Source: Phoronis australis
Lineage: Eukaryota > Animalia > Phoronida
Direction of reading: 5' to 3'
Length of the DNA: 64,000 nt
Assembly (NCBI GenBank): GCA_002633005.1
Contig: NMRA01000899.1
Coordinates: 14,774-78,773 of the forward strand
Shown in pieces: positions 25,559 to 39,600 of this stretch; within the stretch, counting starts at the first letter, position 1; every line of letters starts with the position of its first letter. Position numbers and translations under genes: made by a program. The notes below the pieces were generated by a model that was given only the letters and a program-made list of their open reading frames with translations, was not told the origin of the DNA and did no database searches.

Positions 25559-28500
25559 AGGAGAATGCCACCCGATTTAATTAGTCTTTTTTACCGTCTT
25601 AATCGGTCCATATCCACATCGCCTCTTATACGGTCGACCTCACCTTGCCGAGAGGTGTCGCGTTAACCAGTGAGGAAGGTGAGAAACGACGCAGCGACGT
25701 CAGTGGTTCGTCTGCAGAGTGAATGCCGCTTGTGGTGCATCGTTCCCGCTTGTCCGAACTATGAAGCTGCGAAGAAAGCGGGTATATCGTTTTTTCGACT
25801 TCCTCAGTCGAGAGCCCGAAATGCTTAGGAAGTTGCTCGCGGTCGCCGTAGTGAAGAATGAAAGGTACGCTGTTAATAGCAAGTATGAGGCCGTAAAATA
25901 TCTCCGTGTCTGTGGCCGGCATTTCGTCGACATTGATTTCTCTGACGAATTCCAGTTTACCAAAGAACTATCCATACGTTTCGTTGCCTGTGCATGTTCA
26001 CGGCGCCTCTCTAGTATTTCTTGATCAGTGTATTCCGGTTTGAACTGATAGCATGTGAAACCTAACGATCCGACCCCTGAAGTCTTCGTCGGATGAGCTC
26101 TTGATTAAGTCGGTATTGGCGCTGGGCGAGTTGCCATGTAGACTTTTATTATTCTGCGTTCTGTTTCAAAATGAATTATTCTCATCCTAACCAAAGCTTA
26201 TATGAAACTGAAACAAAGTCTGTTTCATTAAATACAATTTGTAATGCGGCCTTGGAATGCTCGTGAGTGCAAATGTTTTGAGAAGCCAGCAATGAATAAT
26301 TTGTTTTACCGGCTTTTGATGCCGGCAACAAAGGCCGGGCACCGAGGCGTGTGCGCGCATGCTAATTCAGTGTTTGCTGACAGAAAGCTGTTTTGAAACA
26401 ATTACTCCATTTTATATGCTATGGTCACATGTTAGGGGAACCTTTTTTTAGAAATACAAATACATAATTCAAATCATTGTTACTGTACAACCTTTGTCCT
26501 GACGGTCTGTGGAAGGGGAACCCGACTTCGCGGCCCCCGACATAAGTAGATTTTCAGTTTCGTGGTTAATTCATAAAATAATTACGTACACATTATTTCA
26601 TTGGCTCTGGCCGGGATAACGAGTCCGTCCGGCCCCGACGCCGGGCCTAGTCGGGTTCCGAGCCACTGGCCGGGATAACAAGCGTTTTGTGTGTTTAGAA
26701 CTAAAAAAATCACAAGTATAAACAACACAGATTTATGTTCTTCTGTCTGTATTTCACGGAAGAATTCTTCGAATTTATCCCCGAACAGACCCCAAACTCC
26801 TGCTACTGCGGACCTTGGGTAAATTGACCTGCCGAACTTAGTAGGCTACAGTGTGTTCAAATAACACAATATCCGTAACAGTGTATTTTTAAGGGTTTTA
26901 CATTGAAGTTTGATGATTTATTGGTGTTAAAAGATGAATTCCAGCGATAAGCTGACACCACTAACCCGTGTTTTGANNNNNNNNNNNNNNNNNNNNNNNN
27001 NNNNNNNNNNNNNNNNNNNNNNNNNNNNNNNNNNNNNNNNNNNNNNNNNNNNNNNNNNNNNNNNNNNNNNNNNNNNNNNNNNNNNNNNNNNNNNNNNNNN
27101 NNNNNNNNNNNNNNNNNNNNNNNNNNNNNNNNNNNNNNNNNNNNNNNNNNNNNNNNNNNNNNNNNNNNNNNNNNNNNNNNNNNNNNNNNNNNNNNNNNNN
27201 NNNNNNNNNNNNNNNNNNNNNNNNNNNNNNNNNNNNNNNNNNNNNNNNNNNNNNNNNNNNNNNNNNNNNNNNNNNNNNNNNNNNNNNNNNNNNNNNNNNC
27301 TACATTTCAATCTTGATTATACTGACATCTGTTGGGTCTATCGGCAACTAACCGCACATGAAAGGCTTGGTCGAAAATTATCGTTTTCTCACATGCACTT
27401 TCGGGTTTTTAGCGGCGATTCCACTGATCGAAGCGACAAAATAAGCCAAAACTTTGGCCATACCATGTTAAACATAAAATTTTTTCCAATTTTGCTGAAA
27501 CTTGGCCACGTTTTTAACAAAATACTTATCTATGTTATGTGCTATCGGCAAATGTGATTGATTCATAAATAAGACCCTCACGCTGTGTTTTCTGCGAATC
27601 CCAATGTATTCTGAAGGGGGCTAACTGAGTGATTTTCGCGCATGCGCAATTCACGGTTTCAATATTGCTGGTAATGAATTCCGGTTTACCAAAGAACTAT
27701 CCATCCTACGTTCCGTTGCCTGTGCATGTTCACAGCGCATCTCTAGTATTTCTTGATCAGTGTTTTCCGGTTTGAACTGATAGCCTGTGAAACCTAACGA
27801 TCCGACCCATGAAGTCTTCGTCGGATGAGCTCTTGACTAAGTCGGCATTGGCGCCAGGCGAGTTGCCATGTAGACTTTTATTATTCTGCGTTCTGTTTCA
27901 AAATGAATTATTCTCATGTTAACCAATGCTTATATGAAACTGAAACAAAGTCTGTTTCATTAGATACAATTTTTAATGCCTTGGAATGCTCGTGAGTGCA
28001 AATGTTTTGAGAAGCCAGCAAGGAATAATTTGTTTTACCGGCTTTTGATGGCGTTAACAAGGTAATTGGCCGGGCACCGAGGCCGTGTGCGCGCATGATA
28101 ATTCAGTGTTTGCTGACAGAAAGCTGTTTTGAAACAATTACTCCATTTTATATGCTATGGTCACATGTTAGGGGAATCTTTATTTAGAAATACATTACAT
28201 TATTCAAATCATTGTCACTGTACAACCTTTTTCCTGACGGTCTGTGGAAGGGGAACCCGACTTCGCGGCCCCCGACGTAAGTAGATTTTCAGTTTCGTGG
28301 CTAATTCATATAAATAATTACGTACACATTATTTCTCACTATTATAGTCGCTTCGTGACTGGAGGCTTAGTTCCCAACTCAAGCTGGTTTATGTTCGTGT
28401 CAGTCCCGGCGGCTGCGATTCTCCAGATCGGGTTCCTAGCCACTGGCCTGGATAACAAGCGTTTTGTGTGTTTAGAACTAAAAAAAAATCACAAGTATAA

Positions 28501-28949
28501 ACAACACAGACTTAGGTTCTTCTGTCTGTATTTCACGGAAGAATACTTCGAATTTATCTCCGAACAGACCCCAAATTCCTGCTACGGACCTTGGTAAATT
28601 GGCCTGCCGAACTTAGTAGGCTACGGTGTGTTCAAATAACACTAAATCCGTAACAGTGAAATAAAACAACACATTTTAATGAGAACTTGGTGTATTTTTA
28701 AAGGTTTTACATCCAAGTTTGATGATTTATTGGTGTTAAACGATGAATTCCAGCGATAAGCTGACACCACTAACCCGTGTTGTGAATTGCTGAACCGACT
28801 GCGTGTGAAACCAATTACGTCATTGGATAATTTCAACACCTCCGTCTGCCATCAGGTGTCAGGTAACACAACCGAACGTGCCGTTATTGAGTAGAACTAC
28901 TCGATCTAAATTGATACAAAATTGTTTGTTTTTTGGGTGATATTCTCCT
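25559..28949 (+). mobile_element. Further copies of the same Kolobok-like family, spanning the N gap
   Basis: TTAA+AGGAGAATGCCACCC at 25555 and GGGTGATATTCTCCT+TTAA ending at 28953. THAP remnant CPNYEAAKKAGISFFRLP..LRVCGRHF. Segment ~25945-26976 recurs at ~27676-28780. Confidence 0.85.
26977..27299. other. Assembly gap
   Basis: Run of 323 N. Confidence 0.99.
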
Positions 28950-29480
28950 TTAACATACTGTAGGAAGCAAATTTTCAGGTGTTACCGCTGCCAGACTTTA
29001 AAAGAACGTGGTTTATTTTTTCACAGATGAGCAAATTTCCTTTGAAGGTTTTGAAGCCCGGATGTACTTAAGGAGTTCATTGGACCTTCGGTCGGCCGAG
29101 AGTCGTAATTCTTTGACGAAAGAGCCGCGCGCTCCGATCCGGCTTTGACGACGTATCTCTTTTCCGAAAATGTTCACCTTATGCCTTTCCGTCTACGAGT
29201 TTCCCTGTTAACATAATGCATGCGTTTCCGGCTATTACTTGTTTTTACAACTATCGAAGAACAGCCGGTCTGCCAAAATGAATGAATAATACTCCTGGTA
29301 TGCGTGATTGTCACGAATCAGTGTTGGATCTACGGGGGGATCAGGGTGTTTAACACCCCTCTCTTGGGACAGGATCTGAAAACAATAAATGTCGTCGGCA
29401 AAACGAAAACGATTTTTAGGTAACTAGCGTCTTTACTCTAACATATGTTTTGATATGATTAGGGAAAATGCTGTGGTAAA

Positions 29481-29634
29481 CAGTGGCGGATTTAGAAGGG
29501 GCCATGGTCCCCCTAAAATTCTCCTAGATTCCATTTGGCAATACAGGGGTGCGAATGTCTGTCGGGCAAAATCCTGGCTAATACTCTGCCCTGGCCCCCC
29601 CTCCCCCTAACTCAAATTCCTGGATCCGCCAATG
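29481..29634. mobile_element. MITE family A copy
   Basis: Same internal sequence as 23992-24159; TSD GTAAA/GTAAA. Confidence 0.85.
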
Positions 29635-32600
29635 GTAAAGCAACCTCTTCAGGTGAATCGACGCGTAATGTTTTAATGTCGTCTGTAATTCCTTGTCATG
29701 GTATTACACCTCCACACGTTTGGAACTTGAATTTGACTGGTGTATGATAAAGATATCTTCTGTAATAAACATACATCAGTGTGTTTATTTTAAAAAACGA
29801 ACAACTCGAAGAATAATTTGGCCCTTGTAAGGGCCGTTGTGAAGGGTGTTGCGGTTTTTGTCGCGAGTCCGTTTGAAGATACTCCCTAGCAACTTAGGCC
29901 TATGCAAGGAATGAACCCGGGAGGCACTCAAATTGTGAAGGTGACCACATTAATTTGCCAACAGTGTCATAGTACCGGATATTACGTGTAGGCTGTCGGC
30001 AAGTCTTGTGGGCCGGGTTCGCACGCTGTTCAATAGGCCTCCAAAATATTCGTTTCAGGCCCGTAAAAGGAATCCTGCTTCCTACCTCAGCACTGGCCGT
30101 CTTTCTACTGGTAATAAGCATCACTGCCAAGAATTTCCACAGAAATACACACCCAATGAAACGCCTATGCCATGGACGTGTATTTGCTGTTACAGTAGGC
30201 CTAACGGGTTTCAAGTGTTAAGACACTGGTGGAACGTTTATTCGGAAAAGTATATCTGAGTTGACTCAGTGTCAAGTTGTTACAAATTGAGTTTTGTGGA
30301 ATGTATATCATTTGTTACTAAAAGTGCAATCTTGGCGAATTAGGTATTTATAGCTTGAATACAAAAAACACAGTTTTATGCAAAAAGCGCTGACTTTTTC
30401 ATAGCAGCTTTCCGTTCACACGCCCCTCCTCCCCCCACTTTCCAAAAAAAAAAAAACGTGCGGGCGTTTGCCTGGAAGTATAATTCTCCAAATTCACACC
30501 CACGGGCTCATCTGCAGAAATCCCGGTAGAGTGTATGTGCGCCAAGTTTTGTGAATGAGCATCAGGAAGATGCATATAATACACGCAGGAGCAACCACTG
30601 AGGATCAAAAAGTGTCAAGGGGGCCGCGGCAGATTCCAATCTAGTGGTCAGTTGATATTGCCTCCCATTGTAGTTTACGGAAACCGCACATTATCCATGG
30701 AAGCACCAAGCCTAAAAAATGGAAGGCTTTAACTTTTGAGACTGTGGACCTTTTACTAAGGTTCACGGGGCACGTTCAGAGCTATGAATTCTACATTCGC
30801 CGAAGTTTGGTAGTTCTTACCTTTCAGTGGATTTTTGTCTCGTTTCCTACTTTTCTCGGAGTTTTTGTTTCTCTGAGGGGGACCTTTAGGCCCACTTCAC
30901 CAAGCTCCCCTCCCCCTCCGCCCAGCCGGTGCGCGCATGTAATCGTAGGTATTGCTGGAGTCGTGCGGATGGGTGCTGTGCTTCTTGACGAGTTCTCCAT
31001 GAGTACTTTTATAGTTTGATCCGCGACAGATTTGCTTTTTGCAAAGCCATAACATACATTATAGTTCTGTTTAAAACGGTGTGTAAAATTATTTACCTCA
31101 CACTCAGTGCCTTTGTCCCGCGACAGATCGACTATTTCTGTAGATATGTGTGTAGATACTGACTTTCAGTGTACATATCTAGCCCCTCGGCGAACTGGTC
31201 TTGTATAATTTTTTTCACCACAGTGTACAGTATGTTTTGGTTCCTTGAAAATGTTTTCAGGTGATTTGTTTCCGGATATATTTGATGTTTTTCAATTGTT
31301 GCAACATACGGTAGCCTAAACAACAGCCATGATTCAGCTTAATAAACTGATATTTAAGTGCTTGGCGCTTTTAATAATAGACTATGCGCTGAGATCTCCA
31401 TCGTTCTTCAGTTTTCTCGTGACAAGACACAACATCTGCTGTCACGCGATCGTCTGATATTCAAGTGTTGTTTCTTACGTGGCCGTCGGTGCTCCTTATG
31501 CTCTTGAACATTTGGTAATCATTGTCTAAACCCTTGTATACATACTACACTTTTTCGTATACGACTTTTCTTGTGCTAAAAATCGGTGTGTGTAGACAGA
31601 TGTTCCAATTAAAATTTTGCTGCGTGATGTGCACAAATATTAGTTCGGACCTTGTGAGCCATGTTCAAGAGGCGAAATAGAGAAGGGTTTTAAATCATCT
31701 TAAGGCAAACTCCAGACACGTTAACTGCCACAAACTCGCCAGGATGCATGGAAATTGCACAATTTGGCTACAATAACAAAAAATCTCTTACACGCAAACC
31801 ATATAAAGCGCCGTATACGGTGGCTGATGCGACTGATTAAACCGATCCATGAGTTCAGTGGTCTCATATGCAATTCAAATGTTAGACAAACTCACTGCTA
31901 AAGATATATTCGGACACATCGGTGCAAACAGAACTTGACCGATCGGTGGCCGGGGTGATTTTCATGTTGTCAAGCCGCGACGCGTCACTGAGTTAGAAAT
32001 GTGTAGGCCTGGGTGCTGACCAGAAATCAATTGAAGCAAATGACATGCTGACTTCATGAATTTTCAATTTCTCAATCGCCCACATAACCAAAAAGCAACA
32101 CGTGGTATGGAGCACATACAGGTTGTCCCAAAACGTCACATGCCAATAATTGTGTTATTGACACAGGCACATCTTACTAGTTTGAATTTACAAAAAGGTG
32201 ATCCTGTTTAGCTGGCTAAAGAAGAAAGTCGAATAACGATCTTACTTTTATAAAGATCGGTCTCATAACACTCCTTACCGTGATTCGTTGCAACTTTTGT
32301 CTAAACTTTTCTACTAAAGAGTGTGAACATAATTAGACGACGGTTTTTGCAGTATTCGCAGCATTTGTCGATTACTTCTTGTTGCTTTGTGGCCGGGTGA
32401 GAAGCTTTACTTCATCATCAATATTACTGCAGAGATTATTTAAAAATCCATCGGCTTTAGTGAAGTTTTAACTTGAGTTGCTCCCATCACAATTTAAAAT
32501 ATTATAATCGACATGTTCACTAAGCGCGCATGTACCTCTGTGACGTCAGTGAGCTCGCCTCCAACAGTAGCATTCAGCTGAAACTTGTTTGATTACACTG

Positions 32601-33605
32601 AACTGCATTACTCCTCGCTCGATACTAAAATCCTGCTTGGCTAACCAGGCAGCAGTGCGTAACTATAGGCCTATACTGAAACGATGGAGTTGAACCTAAT
32701 GACAGTTTTTTGTACGAAAAGATCGAGTTCGTGAGTGCGGAACGGTGTGTATGGCCGTGAACTCAAGTTGCTAGGCTAATTCAAGGCATTTTTCGAGTGA
32801 AGCGTGGAGTCAAAGACGGCGCTACGTACCGGGGAGGTTGAGTTCAGGGGGTTTTAATCCACACCTGTGGCTCTGGAACCGAATTAAAAAAGCGCCAGGT
32901 AGCAAACGAAAGCAGCAACAAAAACCAAAAAAATCTTACTAGGCAGGGGGAACACCCTCCCCAGTGGCGGATTTAGAGGGGGGCCATGCCCCCCTAAAAT
33001 TCTACCAGATACCATTTGGCAGTTCGGGTGCGAATTGCTGACTAGCACATGCGCGCAACCAGGGNGCTCGATCGGGGGAGGCGGCTGCGTTGCTCTATAT
33101 TTGGAATGTGCGGCGACAACCCGCTTCCCAGGAGCAATGACGATCCACGGATAACATCCCATGTCCACAGGCGGTCGGCCAGGTGCTGCCGGTGCCAGGG
33201 GTGTTTGTTGACGCAATGACTCCGTCATCAATCGATAGCCGCATCACAGCAGTATTTACATTCGAATAGATTCAATTAAAAAAGAAATAATCTTCTTTAA
33301 GTTATTATTTGGAGAATTGTAGAAATTATGCAATACCTTCCGAGTAAATTGGTTGAAACAAAGAAGCTAATAGTCCAATAATTAACTTGCCAACCTTTAC
33401 TTTTGGCGGACTCGAATCGCGCATGAATACAAAACAGTAGGACTATTTGTCTAGGTCGCCATTTTTGTTATGGTATCGAAAGTGTAACACGAAACAAGGA
33501 AAAGACTGTTAAACGGAGCATTTCTGGGAACAGATTTCTCTGTCCTGTTATTTTTCGCAATTTTGCTAACTTAAACTTTTGAATAAGCTTGAGTCAGAAG
33601 TAATT

Positions 33606-36600
33606 ATGAGGGGAAAAATGACAAAACAGAGCGAAAAGGAGTATAGGTGTTGTTGCTGTCATGTTCGAACTGGAACGACAATTCTTGGCTGTTTGCAAAT
33701 GGTAAGGTCTCTTCCAAGCTCACTACCGCTATTGTATAAGTAACCTTCTGTTTGACTGCAATGTTGTTCAGTCTTAATCTCATTGATGGAACAAGGACGA
33801 CTCGATTGAATATTCAAGCGGGCAAAATACCTCAATTAAGTAGGCCTATCTAACAAGCAATATGTTTTTGATGGTTTAGTCAATGTCAGAGATAATTTGT
33901 CGCATATTGCGACTCTTGGCCTATTGGATGACTATCATCCGTGCCAGATGTGCTGGCTCAGTTCAGATGATAATGTCTAAGATGTACCTAAGCTTCTCGC
34001 GAGGTGATACGGAAAATTAGGCCTCCCAACTCAAACATAATTCACCCTTTCTTAAAGACATAGTTTCACACCAGAACAACTGCTTTTCAACTCAAAGAAT
34101 GGCATTGCAGGAGCCCGTAACTTGAACTAGTTACTGTCCGCACAGCTTGATTAATTAGATAAGCCCAGCAGTAATGACCTTCTCAGACTTCAGCCGAGTC
34201 AATTTTGAAAACAGACTAGGCGGTTACATAAGCGTCTGTGATGTTGAGTCCGGAAGACAACTGTGTCGTAGGAATGACCTCAGCTGGTAAACCGCAGTCA
34301 CACAAGGCAGAAACCAACATTGATTACGAAAGCTTTAGCGACGAGTCTTCCAACGACGAGGAAATTTTACAAAATCTTTTGTAACGATGAAGCGTCGGAC
34401 ACAGACAATATGCACAACGACCATCGTGAGCGTGTTCTTGACAACATAAACGGGCACTGAAGGTTCGAACCAGTGCCTGCAAGTGTCCCGGTCGCTTTGG
34501 ATGAGAGACAGCGGCGCATCCCGAAGACAGGCACAACTTCAGACGTTTTATCATGTTAGGTGGAAAACAAAAACAATGCCGCGAGTTTGAATGCGAATAT
34601 GTTTATTTTCGATTTATTTATAATACTTCAAGTTAAATAAAAAGCAATTTCAAACATCGGGACTGGTAGACGGATAAACTGCGATATGCAAGACTATTTG
34701 CCGTTTTGTCCTATGTTTCTTGATTTGCGTAGGTTGAAAGCAAGGTGGGATAAGTTTTGTTGTAGGTTATGGATTGCAATTTGTATTTTATAACAAAAGC
34801 TTATTTTTGATTTTATATCTATTTTAAGTAATTACTGAACAGAGAGGGGGTCGAAACCATTAAAAGTCACCCGCACTCGAATTAATTTAATCCCCATAAT
34901 GTTTATTTAAATGCAAAAATACGACAGGTAAGTAGCATTCAAGCAACTACACACAATTATGTTGCAAAAATCGTAATTCAAAAGAAAAGCGGCTTCCGAC
35001 AGTGTCCTTCGATGTTATACGCCACTAGTAATGTTGTTCGCTTACTAGTGTGGCCCAAGGCCTACTAGCTTCCGCAAAGCGACAGCATGTACAGTTTTGA
35101 ATATTACCTAAAATTTCACTTACCTTGGTTTCCAACCATACTGCGATTGCAGGCTGTCGATCTCGAAACAGTCTGCAGAAAAATGTTTACTCCATATCAC
35201 CGAATACGGCGACGCTCCACTAAATTTTCTCGTGGACCTCACGAAGTCTTCCCAGTTGCGACGCAGTCTGGGGGTTAGTGGGAAACCTATGTAATGACAC
35301 CCCAGGCACAGACCCTGACACATTGTCACAGCCTCCAATAACACAACAGTCCGGCATTGTTCTTCAAATTTTTAATCGAGTTGAAGTATAAAAATGTGTT
35401 TAATGTCGAAATAAGTATTGCAATTGGCACACAACATCAGTGATACGTCGTGCGTAGACAGACAGTGCGAAAGACGTGCGGCTGTACTCGAACACTTTAT
35501 TGAGGACTCATTGCTAACTACTGTGAAATGTTTATGGCAACGCACATGACCATGCCCATATGTGTCACATTTCAGAGAATTAATTGGCAAAAGTTGCATA
35601 ATAAACCCATTCTAACAAACAGAAAGCTTCCATTTGTGCCAGATAGTCCCAGTACAAACCTATGGACAGACTCGGCAGTGATCGGGTCCGCTTCCGGACG
35701 TGACGTGTTTCCGAAGATAGCCGAAGTTGAAAATTTTCTGTTCTCGAAATTTTGTGGGGAAGTGGGAGCGTGTTTTAAACGAATAATAGAAGAATATGGG
35801 GTGTGAAATATAAAGAAATGTGGTTTATAAGCAAACTTTATTAACAGTCAACACATGTGTATACATATTAACTACAAATAAATAGCTGTGAATCGACCTC
35901 TTTAAGTAGTGTGCTTTTCAGGTCTCAAAAGTCTCATTTCAAATTTGCACAGCCAACAAACTTGTCACCAAATGTTAGTAATAAAATCATCAACACCAGA
36001 TGTCACTATCTATTCCAGTATAGCGTTATGATAATTCCCATCCTACTTAGATTCGAATGTTTTTTTGTTTCCCTCCAACACCAAGGATACCATTAATGGT
36101 GAGGTGCATCACACACTTACCTAAATTCTAAATCCTCTGAGGGCAGGTGTGGTGTAACCGGGTTAATGTAGTGTCCAAGAGTAAACACTTCAAGACAGTG
36201 AGAAGGCTATTTATTTATTTAAATGTCCTTTGTGGTCTTACCGGCATGACTTATTTTTAATGTTGCAACTTTAGTTTGTCAGCTGCCTATGTGCTGAGGG
36301 CTATTGATTTTGGGCAACATTTTTTTTCTTTTAAAACTGATCTCCATTGATTTGCAGTGTCTTGTGTTGACTGTTGTGTTTGAGATATGTGAACACGTTT
36401 GGTGATTTGCTGACGTTTTCTCACCATTGCTTTCCAGATTGCCTGTCTGTTCAGCCTCCTGGCGCTGTCATTTGCTTTTTTCTACCCGGACTTGATCAAC
36501 ACACAGAAAAACAGCAACCTCAGTGACTTTCTGGGTGATGTAAAGCAGCAGAATTCATGGTTTGAAGTGTCACCAACAGAGGGGGCAGAGGATGTTCAGT

Positions 36601-39600
36601 CCGATTATTCGTCGTACAGTTCGTGGAACTGGGCAGTCAATAGCAACACTTCTAGTTACGGTACTTACATGAACACTTGCTCTTAGAAACTATACTGCAA
36701 AATTACCGAGAATTTATCATGATGCCGAAGTGTAAACGTAGTTCTGCGATATAATGGCCGAGTGCAAGTACAAATGGGTGTTGTTATACTTATGGTGTGA
36801 TGGATCATTGTTATGATGAGGGGATGTGGGGGGGTTTGCCTGTTTGTTTTTGGCGCTTGGGGTAATGCTCACATTCAGCTTAAGACTGACATCCAAATTC
36901 TAAGAAACTCCGTTCAAGCCATCATGTACTAATGTCCATAATTATAGTGCTCTATTCGGCAGGACCCAACCTTGTCGATTGTGATCTGTCAAATGACAGT
37001 GCTGTCCAAACTTGTTTAGGGTTAAACCAACTTCCATTTTTTCCACTCTAACACTCTGTCTTGTTCACTGAAGCATGACTTGTTTTGTTATTTTTGCAGA
37101 AAGTCTATGCTTTGCTCTCTTTGTAACTTTGTTGATGTTGATATCGGCCATGATGATGATCTATGGCGTAATGAAGGTAAGCACTCAAGCTCCAGCTGTT
37201 ATGTAATGTGTGTCAGTCATGTTGTCTTTCTCATATATTGATATAATAAGTTCCAGTGAATTGAATAGACACTCTTGCAAATTTGTGCATGCAGCGTTTA
37301 ATGTCAACATACACTGAGGCAGCGCTCAATTTGGCAACCTGCAACCTCAAATTGTGATTGGCGGTCTAGGAAAAATTTCATGTTGCCACTGTGAGTATCA
37401 GAGTTAGACAATAATTCTCTCTAAATTTGTTTCAAAGTTCATGTTGACTTCCAAACATTAAATTACTAACAGTTTTCTTAGATTCATAAACTTTTGATTC
37501 AAAATTGTTCCATTTATTTCGTGAAAGCAGTGCATTTCCATCACAGCCGTCAGCACACATGAAACGCGCTTAAATTACAACAGGAAGTAAACAGACGGAA
37601 TTCTCAATTGTTTGGCAAAAATTGGGAAAGATCTGTGAACATCGTGTCACGAGTGTAGGCGATCGTCTGCATTCTGTGTTCGTTCATTGGCAGAGGGAAT
37701 CTAGTTAGAGAATGAATGTACATTTACATTATAGCGCAAGATACTGAGAATGAGTCGCGTTATGAACGTACAGCCCTTTTTCAGTCTGCAATTATGCCAG
37801 GTCGGTTACCCTAGGATTTTTGCGACTTGGCGTTAACCTAAGGGTCAAGCACTGACTCTGGGCTTGACACGTACCATAAAGTCTACTCACCTCATGTGAC
37901 TTGACAATACTCTGAGGACATCACTGAGGATACCCGTATGCAGGGTTGAGAAAGACCTTGCTCCTACAAACAACTCCAAAGTTCTCTGCAGCCAAAAATA
38001 AAGAAATGAGAAACCTGACTGGCGTTTTATCAGGTCGTAAAATAAAATCTGAGGTGGCATTGAAGCAAAAAATTAGCATGGGTTCCACTTGGTTCCCTGT
38101 TGGGAACGTGATGTTTTTTAGGGAAATACTGTGTTCGTTGCTTGGTACTTTCACCATTTGCTGATATCCAACTATGTGTTTACATCATCCAATTACAAGG
38201 AGCCCCTCATTCCTGAGGTCCACCTATGTGTTTATATCGTCCAATTACAGGGAGTCCCCTCGTTCCTGATGCCAAACTTCGTGCTGCAAGTGTTCTACTT
38301 TGCCCTCACATGCTTAAACATCATTGGATGCTTTGCCACGGTGGATGACATCAAGGTGTTGCTGACCCAGTTCCTGGACCGTTGCAATGCACCAGTCGAG
38401 TGGAAAGAAGAAGTACAGAGCATGGATAGTCATTGGCTCACTCTGATTGTGGCTGCAGTCGTCGTCTGCATCCTCCTATTCAAAGTAAGTTTTGCAGATT
38501 TTGCTGTGGGCCTCCAGACCATTTTGCTCAAGGCTCCACTGTAAAAACTGATCAAGCACAATAACGTGAATTTTTTTTCAAAGCACGCGATGCCTTTCAT
38601 ATAGTGATTTCTGTAGGAAATCTTGTTGGTCAATGGTCATGACTTATGGTCACTTACAACATGTAAAATTGGCCAGACTGGCTCCAGGTGTCAAGGTCAC
38701 TTGGCCATTTGTTTACTTTGGTTTCTGGTGTGTGAGTCTACGATGAACTCGCAGCCTGTAGGGAAGAGTAGTCCACGATGAGTACACTCCCTTCTCGCTA
38801 CAGTGGGTCAACTAGGATGATGCTGCTGAAAACACCAGCTGAAGGGCACTACTACATGTCCGCAGACTTTCTGTCACCTGTAAATCGCAGTGCTTGTTCT
38901 TGTAGTGAAACCCGAGTGACTGCTCTTAATTCACTCCACCGGTTTGGTTTAGTAAATCAGCTAAGACATGTGGTATTGGTGATTTGTTCTGGGATACGTA
39001 GCACTGTATTGGGTGTCTGGACGGTTGGACAGGAAGGGTGGATTATGTGAAGCCTCTGAGTCAGAGTCATGGGTGGGGTCTGGACAAAGTTGTGCAGAGT
39101 CACTGTAACAGCAATAGTTCTTTAGATATATCAGATTTGGCCTTGTGCGACTGTTCCTGCAGTACCTTTGGAGTCGCCCTCAATATTGGCAGTGCCGTAA
39201 ATGTCACCAACTTGGAGAAAACGCAAATATCAAAATAGCCAGTTCTTCACTTTTAATGCGCCCACATATTTATATGTGGACGCATTTTGCTGTCGTCTCC
39301 GTCCGTGCGGCGTTCACTGCTCTATCTCCAAAACCTTTTGACATATGTGCGTGAAATTTTGCACGTAGGTTCCTTTCATGGATGGCACAACATGAGCGAA
39401 CTTTTGGACGGATCCGACTACCGGTGTGCCCCTTAGTGGCAGTTTTAGTGTTTGACGTTTACCTCTGTGTCTTCAAAGGTCCTCAACATTTTGTCATAAA
39501 ATTTGGCAAAAAGGCATCTATTAGTGGAATGACGCTATACTCTAGTTTTCGGGTGAATTTGACATAGTTTGCACCATCTAGTGGGCATTTTTACTGTTTT

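Noticed and set aside
26927-27557. ORFs of 127 and 207 aa
   Set aside because: Artefacts of the N gap.
29900-30214. 104-aa ORF with a faint sushi-like W..C ending
   Set aside because: No full Cys pattern or convincing splice sites.
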